Origin: an uncultured virus (IMG/VR IMGVR_UViG_3300009181_007169)
Taxonomy: Duplodnaviria > Heunggongvirae > Uroviricota > Caudoviricetes
Strand: one strand, 5' to 3'
Length of the DNA: 64,000 bases
Virus record (IMG/VR): IMGVR_UViG_3300009181_007169
Below, one piece after another: positions 1-9,539 of this stretch (the first letter of the stretch is position 1; every line of letters starts with the position of its first letter). The notes beneath the pieces were generated by a model. It searched no databases. It was not told the origin of the DNA and was given only the letters and a program-made list of their open reading frames with translations. The position numbers and the translations under genes are program-made.

Positions 1-1941
1 AGAAATATGTTCATCCATTATAATTAAAGTGTCAATTTCATTATTTTTTTGTGCTGTTCTAACTGTGCTTGAAAAATCTTTCAAAAGATCAGCAGCAACT
101 CTATATCCATCACCGTTTTCTAATTGTGCAAACTGTACATCTGTCAAATTAGGTGTCCAATTTGTCAAATGACCATTGTGATAGCCTTTGATACCTTTCT
201 CTGTAGATAAAACAACTCTGTTACCAGTGTTGTCATCTACTTTAATGTCAACTGCGAGTGTCGCTGTATTTTGTTTTTTCAAATCCTGAGCAATTTTCTT
301 GAAATGATCCATAATTTTTTTGTCTCCAGTAGAAGCTGTTAATTTATCATTCTGAGGAACATTAAATGTCACCTCATTATTTTTTTCGGGAATTCCACAG
401 GCTTCCCTTAAATTGTTTATAGCAATAGCTAATTTCCCTAACTTATTCAGTTTAGAATGTTTAGTTTCAATTATTTCATCAGCAGTGTTATTAGAAGAAG
501 CCCATACCAATCTCACATTATTTGAACTAGCGCTTACTCCACCACCAATTGGCATAACATATTGTTGTTGAGAAAATGGTGCAATTAATTTTCCAACAGA
601 AGGTTGCTCAAATTCTGCAGTTTGAGTCTGTAATTGTGGGGCGGCGTTGGGAGCTTGCTCAGGTTGCCCTGGTTGAGAAGGTTGAGCAGGTTGAGCAGGA
701 ATCTGGGGTTGTGCAGGAACCATAGGCTGAGCGTTTTTTTGACCAGCTGTCTCAATCCCATCATCAATCATATCTTGAAGAGTATTTTGAAGTTCCCCCA
801 TTGCTTTAGTAAGTTTTGCAACATGACCTAAGTCAATATTATCTTTTCTTGAAAATAAATTCAACACTGCAACTTCAAGAAAATTTAGTGCAAGATTAAC
901 TAAATCTAAAATATTTAGACTGCTTGAAGGATCAATGCCAAGACCTTGAAGAACCTTTACTACAGTTGCATTTTGTGCTCCTGTACCACCCATTAGTTGT
1001 CCTCCAACAAGAGTTCCTGCGGTTTGTGCAATTTTAATTATGCTTCTATTGAGATTTTGTAATTGTCTTAGTGCATGCTCTACTTCTCTTTGTTGATAAA
1101 TGCCTTCATTCATAGATGCAGCTAAAGAAATTGAAGAATTTAAAGATTGCGCAGTTTTAATTGCTGTTTCTGCTTTTTGTAAAATTTCATCCTGATCATA
1201 CAACTCAATAATTTCACACGATTCGAAAGCACCGTCTCCTACACATGAAAGCTCAATAAATTTTATGCCATAGTTATATTCAAAAGCTTTTTTACCAGAA
1301 GGGTGCATTTTGCCTTTATATTTTTTAAGACAATCACAATAATCTCTTTCAGTTGTGGCTTTGTTACCACAAATTGAACAAACACCTTCGTCCACAGAGC
1401 ATCCCATACTGACATCATGAATATATCCTTGCCTTACTCCCCTGGCTATATCTGGATAAGCGTCTTCATCAATGAAGAAAACACAATAGACACACTTCTC
1501 ATCATCATCCCACTCTGCATAAACGACCATACCTTTAGCTTCTTCAATATTGTCATTTTTGTGGTTTGTGTAAATGGGTACACCTTCAAAAGTTTTATAA
1601 GCAGGCATTTTTTTGCCTTGATAATCTACATCTTTAGTCAGTTCTTCTTCGCTAAAATAGTCACCATTTGTGTTGCACACATCAGCATCAATTGATCTAG
1701 CTCTAACCCATAAAAGGTTAGCGCCGTTTCTCTTTTTCATTTCTTTGATTATGTCAAAATCTTTATACTTTTCTAAAACTTCATCAGCATTTGCATATAG
1801 AGATTGCAAACCAATTTTTGCTGCTTCTCTTATCGAAGAAGAAGTTTTAATCATTGAATTATTAGTTAGGGCTGATCTATCTTTTTTATCTATTAAAGAA
1901 CTGATAGAAATCATTCCGCCGCTTATGCCTCGTTTTATCAT
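1..1941 (-). CDS. Prohead (capsid maturation) protease with long C-terminal extension; partial, runs off the left edge
   Basis: Hand-translated from ATG at 1941: MIKRGISGG...NTNGDYFSEEEL...YKTFEGVPIYTNHKND...DVSMGCSV...CSICGN...YCDCL...FIELSCVGDGAF. NH, SMG and ELS motifs plus a Cys cluster fit phage prohead proteases; directly downstream of the portal. Absent from the ORF track because it is open-ended. Confidence 0.8.
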   Translation of the reverse strand, partial: MIKRGISGGMISISSLIDKKDRSALTNNSMIKTSSSIREAAKIGLQSLYANADEVLEKYKDFDIIKEMKKRNGANLLWVRARSIDADVCNTNGDYFSEEELTKDVDYQGKKMPAYKTFEGVPIYTNHKNDNIEEAKGMVVYAEWDDDEKCVYCVFFIDEDAYPDIARGVRQGYIHDVSMGCSVDEGVCSICGNKATTERDYCDCLKKYKGKMHPSGKKAFEYNYGIKFIELSCVGDGAFESCEIIELYDQDEILQKAETAIKTAQSLNSSISLAASMNEGIYQQREVEHALRQLQNLNRSIIKIAQTAGTLVGGQLMGGTGAQNATVVKVLQGLGIDPSSSLNILDLVNLALNFLEVAVLNLFSRKDNIDLGHVAKLTKAMGELQNTLQDMIDDGIETAGQKNAQPMVPAQPQIPAQPAQPSQPGQPEQAPNAAPQLQTQTAEFEQPSVGKLIAPFSQQQYVMPIGGGVSASSNNVRLVWASSNNTADEIIETKHSKLNKLGKLAIAINNLREACGIPEKNNEVTFNVPQNDKLTASTGDKKIMDHFKKIAQDLKKQNTATLAVDIKVDDNTGNRVVLSTEKGIKGYHNGHLTNWTPNLTDVQFAQLENGDGYRVAADLLKDFSSTVRTAQKNNEIDTLIIMDEHIS

Positions 1942-1954
1942 GCCTAGATTATAT

Positions 1955-1978
1955 TTCTTTGAAACTTTTCCTCACCCT
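1955..1978 (-). promoter_or_regulatory. SigH-like promoter AGG-N17-AGAA for the protease gene
   Basis: Minus strand AGG gtgaggaaaagtttcaa AGAA; member of a 16-copy motif. Confidence 0.55.
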
Positions 1979-1988
1979 CTACGTATAA
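1960..1988 (+). promoter_or_regulatory. Class-II promoter TGAAAC-N16-CGTATAA, overlapping and divergent from the protease promoter
   Basis: G of CGTATAA is 13 nt before the ATG at 1996; no Shine-Dalgarno. Confidence 0.5.
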
Positions 1989-1995
1989 ATAATTA

Positions 1996-2271
1996 ATGAA
2001 TAATTCTGTGCGATTAAAGGAGAATGATGGCAAATATTCCATCATTAAAGACGGTGGCAAAAGAGCCTTGCGAGTTTTTAAAACTAAGCAAGAGGCGTTG
2101 GATTACATTCAGGAACACAATCTGAATATAGTTGAAGAAACTATGGATATTATTGTTTCCGTTCCTCCTATGCCTCAAGACAGCGAAACAAAACTGGTTG
2201 CTCCAAGACCATCGCTTTTTCAGCGACTTAAAAAAGCTTTATCAGAATTTATTTCTTCAGACAGAAATTAA
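1996..2271 (+). CDS. Small hypothetical protein, DUF2188-like N-terminus
   Basis: KYSIIKDGGKRALRVFKTKQEALDY pattern; has its own promoter motif. Confidence 0.5.
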   Translation: MNNSVRLKENDGKYSIIKDGGKRALRVFKTKQEALDYIQEHNLNIVEETMDIIVSVPPMPQDSETKLVAPRPSLFQRLKKALSEFISSDRN

Positions 2272-4631
2272 ATTATCTGATTAGTTGTACCATTTGAAAG
2301 ACCGCCAATTAGTTGTTGCATTGCTTGCTTAATAACCATTGCTACATCTTTTGGCTGTTTTTCAATTTCTTTATCTGTAAATCTCAACACTGTCCAACCT
2401 TGTCTGGATAAGTTTGTGTCCCTTGTTTTATCGGATTTTATTTTATTAGGGTTGTTGTGCCAAATTTCTCCGTCTGCTTCAACAGCTAATTTTATTTGAG
2501 GAAAAGCTCCGTCTAAAATATAATCTTTTCCAGGACCAGCTTCATATTGTGCATAGAAAGCTAATGGTGGCTGCATCCCCATAACAATCTTATATAATTT
2601 TTTCTCTAAAGAAGTGTAGCCATGAACGTTAACTTTATTTTTCACTTTAGCTTCTCTTACTAATTTCATTGCTTGAAAATTCTCAGGTATTCCTATTCCT
2701 TGACAATTCCAAGGCTTTACCATTTCTAAATTTTCTGGTATTTCTCCAACATAAGCCCTACCTGTTACAGCAAATTTTTCATTTAACTCTCTATCAATTT
2801 CACTGATGTAATTAGTTTCATCTAATTTTGACATTGCTGTTCTGTTAAAAGAAATTTCATTCATTAAATTAGATGCAAACTTGTATTGGCGATAAATAGT
2901 TTCAGCAGTGGCAGGAGCACCAGGTGCTGGCGCTGGTGATGCAGGAGCTTCTGGCACTGTACCCATGCCAAGATCACCACCAACTGGTTCTGCACCTGGC
3001 ATAGCACCCATCTCTCCTCCTTCAGCCCCTGGTGTTAAAGGTTGGTTAAGTGCACCTCCACCAAATCCTTGACCACTCACTCCGCCAAATCCTATGTTCA
3101 TGTCTGTGTCCATAACTTCAGGAGCATTAACAAAATTCATTCCTTGTTCAAATCTTAATCTTTCTACTTCTTGATCCCAATTTAATCCAAATTCTTCAAC
3201 TAAAGTTTCTGCAGAAATAGTACCATTTTGCTGTGCTGTAACAAGCATTTGAAGCGTACCAGTGTTATCTTTTAATCTTAAAGGATCAAAAATAATCTTT
3301 GGATAAATTATTTCTTCTTGACCCCCATCACCAGTAGCATAAAAACCATTCCACTCAGCGCATGGTTTAAATATTTTTTGTTCAATAAAATGTTGCATTT
3401 CTCTTCGCCAGCTTTCTAATCTTTCATTCATTGCCAACAAGCCAACCTGAGCACTACCATAGTTTGGACCTTCCCCGTTAAGCAATCCTTTATTCAACAT
3501 TAGACCGTCCAGGATTTCTCCATCTAATAAATCAAATTCCGAGGATACATTTAAAACTTGAGATCCAGCGCCAACAAATTCATATTTAAATGCATGAGGA
3601 ACTACTAAAGTTAAATTGGGGTCATTTGCCACTGCTGCAAGTTGTTCTTGCACAGAATCAAGGTCTGCCTGAGAAGCTGGTCGATTATCATCACCCACCA
3701 TTACAATTTTAGTAGGAATGATGTGTCTTTCAGCAATGAGCCATTGTGCCTGTCTTAATTTATCTTTATAAGCTAGAGTAACAAAAAGAGGTTTAACAAG
3801 TGATGTTCCATAATCTGCCCAATAATCAGAACCGTGTTTAAAATGGTGTATACATATTGGATCTAAAGGAATTGGTTGTTTTGATCTAATTTTAGCCTTA
3901 ATCCCATCTGGAATTTGCTCAAAAAGTTTTCTAGGATTTCCTTCCATTACAATTTTGATTTCTCTATCATTAGGCAAGTAAGCATAAAGAGGCTCAGTTG
4001 AAATAAAACCAGGAGTAATCATCACTGAATCTGGATTTAATAAAGTCATTGATTTCCAGCTTGCACCTTTATGTTCACATTTTTGACCTGTTTTTTGATC
4101 AAACATTGATCCAAAGCAATGAGGACAATCAATTTCAGTTAAAACAAATGCATCTCCATACAAATAGTAGTTACCTGAAATCAAAGGTAAGAATTTTTGG
4201 AAATTTAATTTTTCAATTAATTTCTCAAAATAATCTTTTACCACTCCAGATTTACATTCAAGTTTCCAGCCATTAAAAGGGAAGTTTGTGTAAAAATCTA
4301 TACCAGCTGCAACTTTTGGCTCATTATTACGCCACCAATTTGCCCAAAGATAGATTTCTTTTCTTGTGTTTGGAATTTGGAATGACGATGGAGTAAGAAA
4401 TGGGCTATAAAAGTTTGGCTGTGTAGTGGTGTTATTTAAACCTCCACCTGTTGACATTTGAGCATATCTGCCACCTGTAGCACCAAAACCTTTTGCTGTT
4501 CTTAATTCTGCCCAGTTTCTTCCAGATTGCCTATTGTTTCCATTTCTAGCTTCTGTTTTTCCTACTATTTTTCTTGTAGCTTCTGTGAGTACTGACGCCA
4601 ATGTTGGCATTGAATTGATATTGTTAGACAA
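2268..4631 (-). CDS. Portal protein with C-terminal DUF559/Vsr-like endonuclease domain
   Basis: Portal-like core (EPKVAAGIDFYTNFP, YGDAFV, YGTSLVKPLF, KDKLRQAQ), Gly/Pro linker, then LDGAFPQIKLAVEADGEIWH...DKTRDTNLSRQGWTVLRF; TTG start with GGAG SD. Confidence 0.8.
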   Translation of the reverse strand: MSNNINSMPTLASVLTEATRKIVGKTEARNGNNRQSGRNWAELRTAKGFGATGGRYAQMSTGGGLNNTTTQPNFYSPFLTPSSFQIPNTRKEIYLWANWWRNNEPKVAAGIDFYTNFPFNGWKLECKSGVVKDYFEKLIEKLNFQKFLPLISGNYYLYGDAFVLTEIDCPHCFGSMFDQKTGQKCEHKGASWKSMTLLNPDSVMITPGFISTEPLYAYLPNDREIKIVMEGNPRKLFEQIPDGIKAKIRSKQPIPLDPICIHHFKHGSDYWADYGTSLVKPLFVTLAYKDKLRQAQWLIAERHIIPTKIVMVGDDNRPASQADLDSVQEQLAAVANDPNLTLVVPHAFKYEFVGAGSQVLNVSSEFDLLDGEILDGLMLNKGLLNGEGPNYGSAQVGLLAMNERLESWRREMQHFIEQKIFKPCAEWNGFYATGDGGQEEIIYPKIIFDPLRLKDNTGTLQMLVTAQQNGTISAETLVEEFGLNWDQEVERLRFEQGMNFVNAPEVMDTDMNIGFGGVSGQGFGGGALNQPLTPGAEGGEMGAMPGAEPVGGDLGMGTVPEAPASPAPAPGAPATAETIYRQYKFASNLMNEISFNRTAMSKLDETNYISEIDRELNEKFAVTGRAYVGEIPENLEMVKPWNCQGIGIPENFQAMKLVREAKVKNKVNVHGYTSLEKKLYKIVMGMQPPLAFYAQYEAGPGKDYILDGAFPQIKLAVEADGEIWHNNPNKIKSDKTRDTNLSRQGWTVLRFTDKEIEKQPKDVAMVIKQAMQQLIGGLSNGTTNQII

Positions 4632-4663
4632 ATTTCACTCCTTTGTTTTTTGTACATTAATTT

Positions 4664-4688
4664 TTATGAAATTTCTTTAAATTAACCT
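4664..4688 (-). promoter_or_regulatory. SigH-like promoter AGG-N18-ATAA for the portal gene
   Basis: Minus strand AGG ttaatttaaagaaatttc ATAA. Confidence 0.5.
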
Positions 4689-5001
4689 AGTTTGTATTCC
4701 AATCTGACATTCTTGTGTAATTATCATCTTGATTTAGTGGCAAATCTTTTTTAGATTCTAATAAATATGGAGCACCTTGACCTGTTGATTTTGTTCTAAC
4801 AGGTTGCCTTACTTCGTTCATCAATGAAGGGTTTTTAACAATATTTTCTCTTTCTGTTTCTAAAGCTGATTCTAAGTTTAAATTATCTTTTTTTACAGGC
4901 TTGGGAATATCGGGCGAATTTGTAAACAATGCTTTGTCCTTGTTTTGAATTTGCTCCGTGTACAAATCAATATAATCTTTGGCAAATCGATACCAGGACA
5001 T
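4687..5001 (-). CDS. Hypothetical, probable head-associated protein
   Basis: 104 aa, begins MSWYRFAK; head module. Confidence 0.6.
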   Translation of the reverse strand: MSWYRFAKDYIDLYTEQIQNKDKALFTNSPDIPKPVKKDNLNLESALETERENIVKNPSLMNEVRQPVRTKSTGQGAPYLLESKKDLPLNQDDNYTRMSDWNTN

Positions 5002-5003
5002 TT

Positions 5004-6068
5004 TTAGTCTCCTGTTGCCGCTCTAATTTGTTCTTCAAGAGTATCTAGATCATCTTCATCAAAAACATCTCTCATTTCAGAAAGAATTTTTTCAATAGCA
5101 GAATCTGAAGCAACAATGCTGTTTTTAAATTTTACATCTTCTCTTTTTTCAGTTTTTTGATGTTTTTCTTCTAATTGCTGTTCCCAAGGTTTTGAAGTTA
5201 CATTTTTTGTTAACTTTTCATCTCTTAAAATTCGCATGTCTTGTGAATCTTGATCTGACATAGGAAAATTAGTTCTAACACCTTTATCTAAATTCATGAA
5301 CTCAATTTCATCTTTATCATAATCCATTTTATCAAATAAATTTAAAGCTTGTTCTTGAGTTATTAAGTTTTCATTTAACCACTTTACATAATTACAGCCA
5401 ACCGTTCCATCTGGGTGCAAACGAGCATCAATGCAATAGTTTCTACAATTAGAGATTTCCATAGGAATTGGATAGCCACTTTGGTAAATTGCTTTAGGGC
5501 ACATTTGATATCCCTCACCTACTTGTTGTTTAATAGTCACGAACGCTGTTCTTACATTATCTGTTTGGTTTTTTGAAGCAAATATTGATCTAATATCTTC
5601 AGCAGCGTCATCAATTTTGCCTTGATTTATTTTAGTAACAACATTTGCTGTTGCAATTTTGTTTTTTTCACCATCAATATATTCGGATAAAAAATTTAAT
5701 AATTTTGCAGCTTTGAATTGTAAATCAATACTTGATTCTTTTTTAAATTCACTTACTGTATTTTCCAAAAGAACTGCCTCATTATTTGAGTTATTGATGT
5801 TTTGTATCAGATTGTGTGCTTTACGTAAGCCTTGATTAACAATTTCTTTTTTGATATTCGTTAATGCATTTACCGCTGAAGCAACTTTTACAGAATTAAA
5901 ATTTGAAGAAGAAAATCCATTAGGAAAAGATTTAAAAAACATATTAACAAGCAAATCATCATTTTCAAAATCATCTTTTTTTAATGATTGAGCTTCTTTT
6001 AGTACTGCATTATCTTTAATTGCAGACTTCATTAATACAATAACATCAGTTCCAGCTAATTTTTTCAT
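5004..6068 (-). CDS. Hypothetical head-module protein with Cys-rich segment
   Basis: 354 aa; MKKLAG start, MCPKA...CRNYCID...GCNY. Confidence 0.6.
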   Translation of the reverse strand: MKKLAGTDVIVLMKSAIKDNAVLKEAQSLKKDDFENDDLLVNMFFKSFPNGFSSSNFNSVKVASAVNALTNIKKEIVNQGLRKAHNLIQNINNSNNEAVLLENTVSEFKKESSIDLQFKAAKLLNFLSEYIDGEKNKIATANVVTKINQGKIDDAAEDIRSIFASKNQTDNVRTAFVTIKQQVGEGYQMCPKAIYQSGYPIPMEISNCRNYCIDARLHPDGTVGCNYVKWLNENLITQEQALNLFDKMDYDKDEIEFMNLDKGVRTNFPMSDQDSQDMRILRDEKLTKNVTSKPWEQQLEEKHQKTEKREDVKFKNSIVASDSAIEKILSEMRDVFDEDDLDTLEEQIRAATGD

Positions 6069-6072
6069 ATTT

Positions 6073-6876
6073 TCACTTTAAGATTAGATTAAGTTCAGAT
6101 TGAGACATTCCTCTTTCAAGCAGCTCTGATTTAATCTCTCTTATCATAGTTTTCACGCCAGAACGATCTGCAACCTCTTTAGCAAAAGAAGTTTTTTTAG
6201 GATCTATTTTTGCAAGTGAATTTAACCAGCAAATTGAAGTAATTAATTCAGCATTTGATCTTTTAGAATAATCTGGTTTGATTCTTCCCCACTCTTCTGC
6301 AGTGTTTGGAAGAGTAGATGCTTCCACTTCTTTGTTCTTTTTTCTATGTTTTTTCTTGTTATATTCTTTTACAATGCCAACAGCCTTGTCAATAGTTTTT
6401 TCGTCCCAAATGTTTTCTTTCTTGAGATATCTTACAATTTCTTTTTTCTCAAGACCATGATCGAGAAGCTTACCTATTTTTCCCATCAATACTCTAAAAG
6501 GATTTCCACGAGATTTCTTTTTATCTTGCTTTTTCTCTTGAGAGTATTTATTGAAGTTGAAACTATTACTGCTCATTTTTTGTTGTTCTCCTGCTTGTTT
6601 CATTTGCTGTAAATGTTTAATTAATTCGTTTATTTTTGTTTCAGAATTAGGGTAGGGTTTACCACTGATAGGATCCTTGGTGACAATATCACTATTTGCC
6701 TCTATACTGCCAATAATTTCACCTAATTTTTCAGAAATTAAAGGGGTTTGAACTTGGCTTCTTAAATTTTCTATTTGTTGAAATTTTGCATCTTTGTTTT
6801 TGGAATTCTTAATTGATTCAAGCTCTTTAATTGCTTGATCCAAAGTAATTCCACCAGCTTGAGCAAGTTTCTTCAT
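6073..6876 (-). CDS. Hypothetical head-module protein
   Basis: 267 aa; MKKLAQ start, internal SFNFNKYSQ. Confidence 0.6.
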   Translation of the reverse strand: MKKLAQAGGITLDQAIKELESIKNSKNKDAKFQQIENLRSQVQTPLISEKLGEIIGSIEANSDIVTKDPISGKPYPNSETKINELIKHLQQMKQAGEQQKMSSNSFNFNKYSQEKKQDKKKSRGNPFRVLMGKIGKLLDHGLEKKEIVRYLKKENIWDEKTIDKAVGIVKEYNKKKHRKKNKEVEASTLPNTAEEWGRIKPDYSKRSNAELITSICWLNSLAKIDPKKTSFAKEVADRSGVKTMIREIKSELLERGMSQSELNLILK

Positions 6877-7688
6877 TCAATTTCTAACCCTTCAGCAAAT
6901 TTCACAAGTAAAGAAGATGATTCAAGAGATTTCATTGTCCTAGCTGCAATAGCCTCTTTATTTTCCCACTGATCTCTTCTTTCATTAGGATCAATACCTT
7001 TTCTTGTAATAGAAGTTTTTCTTTCTGAGTTTGCAGCACGACTCATTTCTCTAATTGAATCATGTGCTTCAGCATAAAAATCATTAACTGAATTAAAATC
7101 ACCATGATGAATAGGAGTTTCATTAGCGAGCCTGCTAATACCTAAACCTCTGTATGGTAAAATATTTGTTTTTCTAATTTTGCTTGATTGTTCAGCTTCC
7201 CAATTTTTATGCACTACAGCTTTCTTTTCAGCAGCTGTTCTTCTGTCAAAAATGGCATTTTGTTGCTCTTGAGATTCATTAAATGCATTTTCAAGTTCAT
7301 CAAATTCAGGTTCCCATATTGAAAAACCATTATTCAATAAGTTTTCAGCATATTTATTGTTATCAAAACTTAAAGATCTAATTTTTTCTTGACCAAATAG
7401 CTCAGAATGTTCATTGTTGAACCTTTGACCGTATCCGGCTCTTCTAATTCCACCTTCTACTTCAGCATATCTTGCAGGTTGAGGTTTTTCAAAATCTTTG
7501 ACAGACGCTTGACCTTCTTTGAAGTTTTTAAGCCGACTATCATACACTGCTTTATTTTGAGCACTAGAAGCTTCTCTAATCAAGTGTTCAAATTCATCTT
7601 CAATAGTAATATGATTATTTTCAAATAATGCATCTGAAACTGATGCAGGTAAAGAATCTAATTCATAAGCTTTTCGAAAAATAGACAT
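6873..7688 (-). CDS. Hypothetical head-module protein
   Basis: 271 aa; MSIFRKAY start; stop overlaps the next start. Confidence 0.6.
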   Translation of the reverse strand: MSIFRKAYELDSLPASVSDALFENNHITIEDEFEHLIREASSAQNKAVYDSRLKNFKEGQASVKDFEKPQPARYAEVEGGIRRAGYGQRFNNEHSELFGQEKIRSLSFDNNKYAENLLNNGFSIWEPEFDELENAFNESQEQQNAIFDRRTAAEKKAVVHKNWEAEQSSKIRKTNILPYRGLGISRLANETPIHHGDFNSVNDFYAEAHDSIREMSRAANSERKTSITRKGIDPNERRDQWENKEAIAARTMKSLESSSLLVKFAEGLEIE

Positions 7689-7691
7689 TAT

Positions 7692-9143
7692 TTAGTTCAC
7701 CTTCTTTCCGTTTACATAATCTGCAGCAACATCTTTGTAAAATTGCTTGTCTTGATAATCTAAAGTTTCATTCCAATAACGAATGAATTCATTTTTTGAT
7801 TCTGTTGAAAGTTTAGCTTCTTTAATCATTGTCTTAATTAAAGAATTTTTCACATTATTGGAAACATTAGAAGAATATACTTGTTTAATTTCTTCACTAA
7901 GCTTTTGGACCTCAGGAGAAATTACAGGCTTGCACATTGCATTTATATATTCTTCTGGCATTCCAAGAGATTTAGCGATTTTCTTAAAAGCATTTCGTTG
8001 TGCTGTAGAAAATTTTTCAGGTGATTTGAAAGCTAATGTTGCGTCAAGAGATAAATCTCCAGGAACCTTTTTCTTATTCTTTGGGTCCATTGGGTCCAAA
8101 TTATCATCTAACATTTCTTCATCTGTAAACAAATTCTCTTCAGCCATTCTAAGAATTTTTTCTCTTCTAGCAACTCTTGAGGAAATTTCAGATTGTTTTT
8201 CAATGGCTGAAGCAATTCTTTGTCGATTAGCTTTTCTGGCTGCTAAGATTGTATTGACGAGTTTTGTGTCGCCAGCAGCTTTTGCAGCTTCAATTGCTTC
8301 GGCGCTTATTTGATTTGGATGTGTAAATGCTATTTTTTTCATGGTATTATTATTGGTCAACGCAAACTCGTTTCGGTTTGCAGGATCTTCAAGAGTTTCA
8401 TTGTCTTTTTCATTTGTTTCAGATTCATCTGTCATTTCTGGTTCATCTTCAACAAAATCTTTCAAAACATTGTCTTTTCTGGCTTTGGTTATAAATCTTC
8501 CAACTCCTGACTCACCATCAGATTTCTTCAATTCATAAAGATTTTCTAAAAACTCTTGATACAATTCTGAATTTGATCTATCAATTGTATATACATAATC
8601 TTTCAATCCTTCTTTTACTGCAGCCTTTAGGTAAACTTTGCCATCAGCCAATTTTATTATTAGTTCTTTGACCCATGAGTTATTTGGATAAAATTCAAAG
8701 TTATATAGTTCAGAATCTGGATTCAAATATGATTTCATGATTGAAAGTTTTTCCATTTTTCCATTTGAATTAGAAACTGATACATTTTCATTTTGATTTT
8801 TATCTTGATCTTTCATGTCGGGAAGTTTGCTTATTTCATTATAAAGTGTATCTACAGTCATATTAGGGTCAATTTTTTCTTTCAATTCGACTCTTAATTT
8901 TTCTTTTGTTTCTGGATCTAGATTTTTAATATCAGGATGATTATTAAAAGCTTCATTGAAAATTTCTTCAATTTCAGGGTTTACAGTTGCTAATTTTAAC
9001 AAAGCTTGTATTTCATTTGATTGATTGTTTGCGAATTTTTGATTTTGGATGTTATTTTCAACAACATCCCAGTCAATTCCAGAAAATGTAATTTTCGAAC
9101 CCATATTCACGCTTAAATTATTTGGAAAAACTCTATCTGCCAT
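7692..9143 (-). CDS. Hypothetical head-module protein, possible internal KTSC-like segment
   Basis: 483 aa; GGAG SD; several K-x-A motifs. Confidence 0.6.
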   Translation of the reverse strand: MADRVFPNNLSVNMGSKITFSGIDWDVVENNIQNQKFANNQSNEIQALLKLATVNPEIEEIFNEAFNNHPDIKNLDPETKEKLRVELKEKIDPNMTVDTLYNEISKLPDMKDQDKNQNENVSVSNSNGKMEKLSIMKSYLNPDSELYNFEFYPNNSWVKELIIKLADGKVYLKAAVKEGLKDYVYTIDRSNSELYQEFLENLYELKKSDGESGVGRFITKARKDNVLKDFVEDEPEMTDESETNEKDNETLEDPANRNEFALTNNNTMKKIAFTHPNQISAEAIEAAKAAGDTKLVNTILAARKANRQRIASAIEKQSEISSRVARREKILRMAEENLFTDEEMLDDNLDPMDPKNKKKVPGDLSLDATLAFKSPEKFSTAQRNAFKKIAKSLGMPEEYINAMCKPVISPEVQKLSEEIKQVYSSNVSNNVKNSLIKTMIKEAKLSTESKNEFIRYWNETLDYQDKQFYKDVAADYVNGKKVN

Positions 9144-9166
9144 TTTTTACTCCGATATTTAAAGTA

Positions 9167-9190
9167 TTCTTTAAGAATTTCTTTTTACCT
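9167..9190 (-). promoter_or_regulatory. SigH-like promoter AGG-N17-AGAA
   Basis: Minus strand AGG taaaaagaaattcttaa AGAA. Confidence 0.55.
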
Positions 9191-9539
9191 TTAATACCTT
9201 TATTATATTATTATCAGGTAAACAAAAATCTCCTACCCTTATATCAAATTCTACAGGTAGATCTGAATGTCCTTCAATTACATATTTCGTTAAAGGGTAT
9301 TCAGATCTACAAGGTTTCTCTTGGTTAGCCTCCAATTTACCTATGTTTTTTATTTCAAAATTTTCATCTAAAAAAAACAAACTTATTGGATATCCAACAT
9401 TTTTATTCCAAAAACTATGATCATCTAAATAATTAAAAACAAAAAAAGCACATTCATTTTTATCCAAAGGAGCAGAATGCATCAAGCCTTTGGCAAGAGT
9501 ATCAGGCGTATTAGCCGTAAATCTAATTTTTAAAAGCAT
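9171..9539 (-). CDS. DUF192 family protein
   Basis: ANTPDTLAKGLM...FFVF...SFWNKNVGYPISLFFLD...YVIE pattern of DUF192. Confidence 0.75.
   Translation of the reverse strand: MLLKIRFTANTPDTLAKGLMHSAPLDKNECAFFVFNYLDDHSFWNKNVGYPISLFFLDENFEIKNIGKLEANQEKPCRSEYPLTKYVIEGHSDLPVEFDIRVGDFCLPDNNIIKVLKVKRNS

Noticed and set aside
630..730. ggttgagca-type short repeats
   Set aside because: Encode a PAQ/PSQ low-complexity linker in the protease extension.
1983..1991. T4-type late promoter TATAAATA
   Set aside because: Occasional matches only; the GTATA class varies at these positions and mostly precedes non-structural genes, and no gp55-like sigma was recognised.
585..1996. Short ORFs in the track at 585, 634, 1417 and 1670
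   Set aside because: They are shadows of the open-ended protease ORF 1-1941 on the minus strand.
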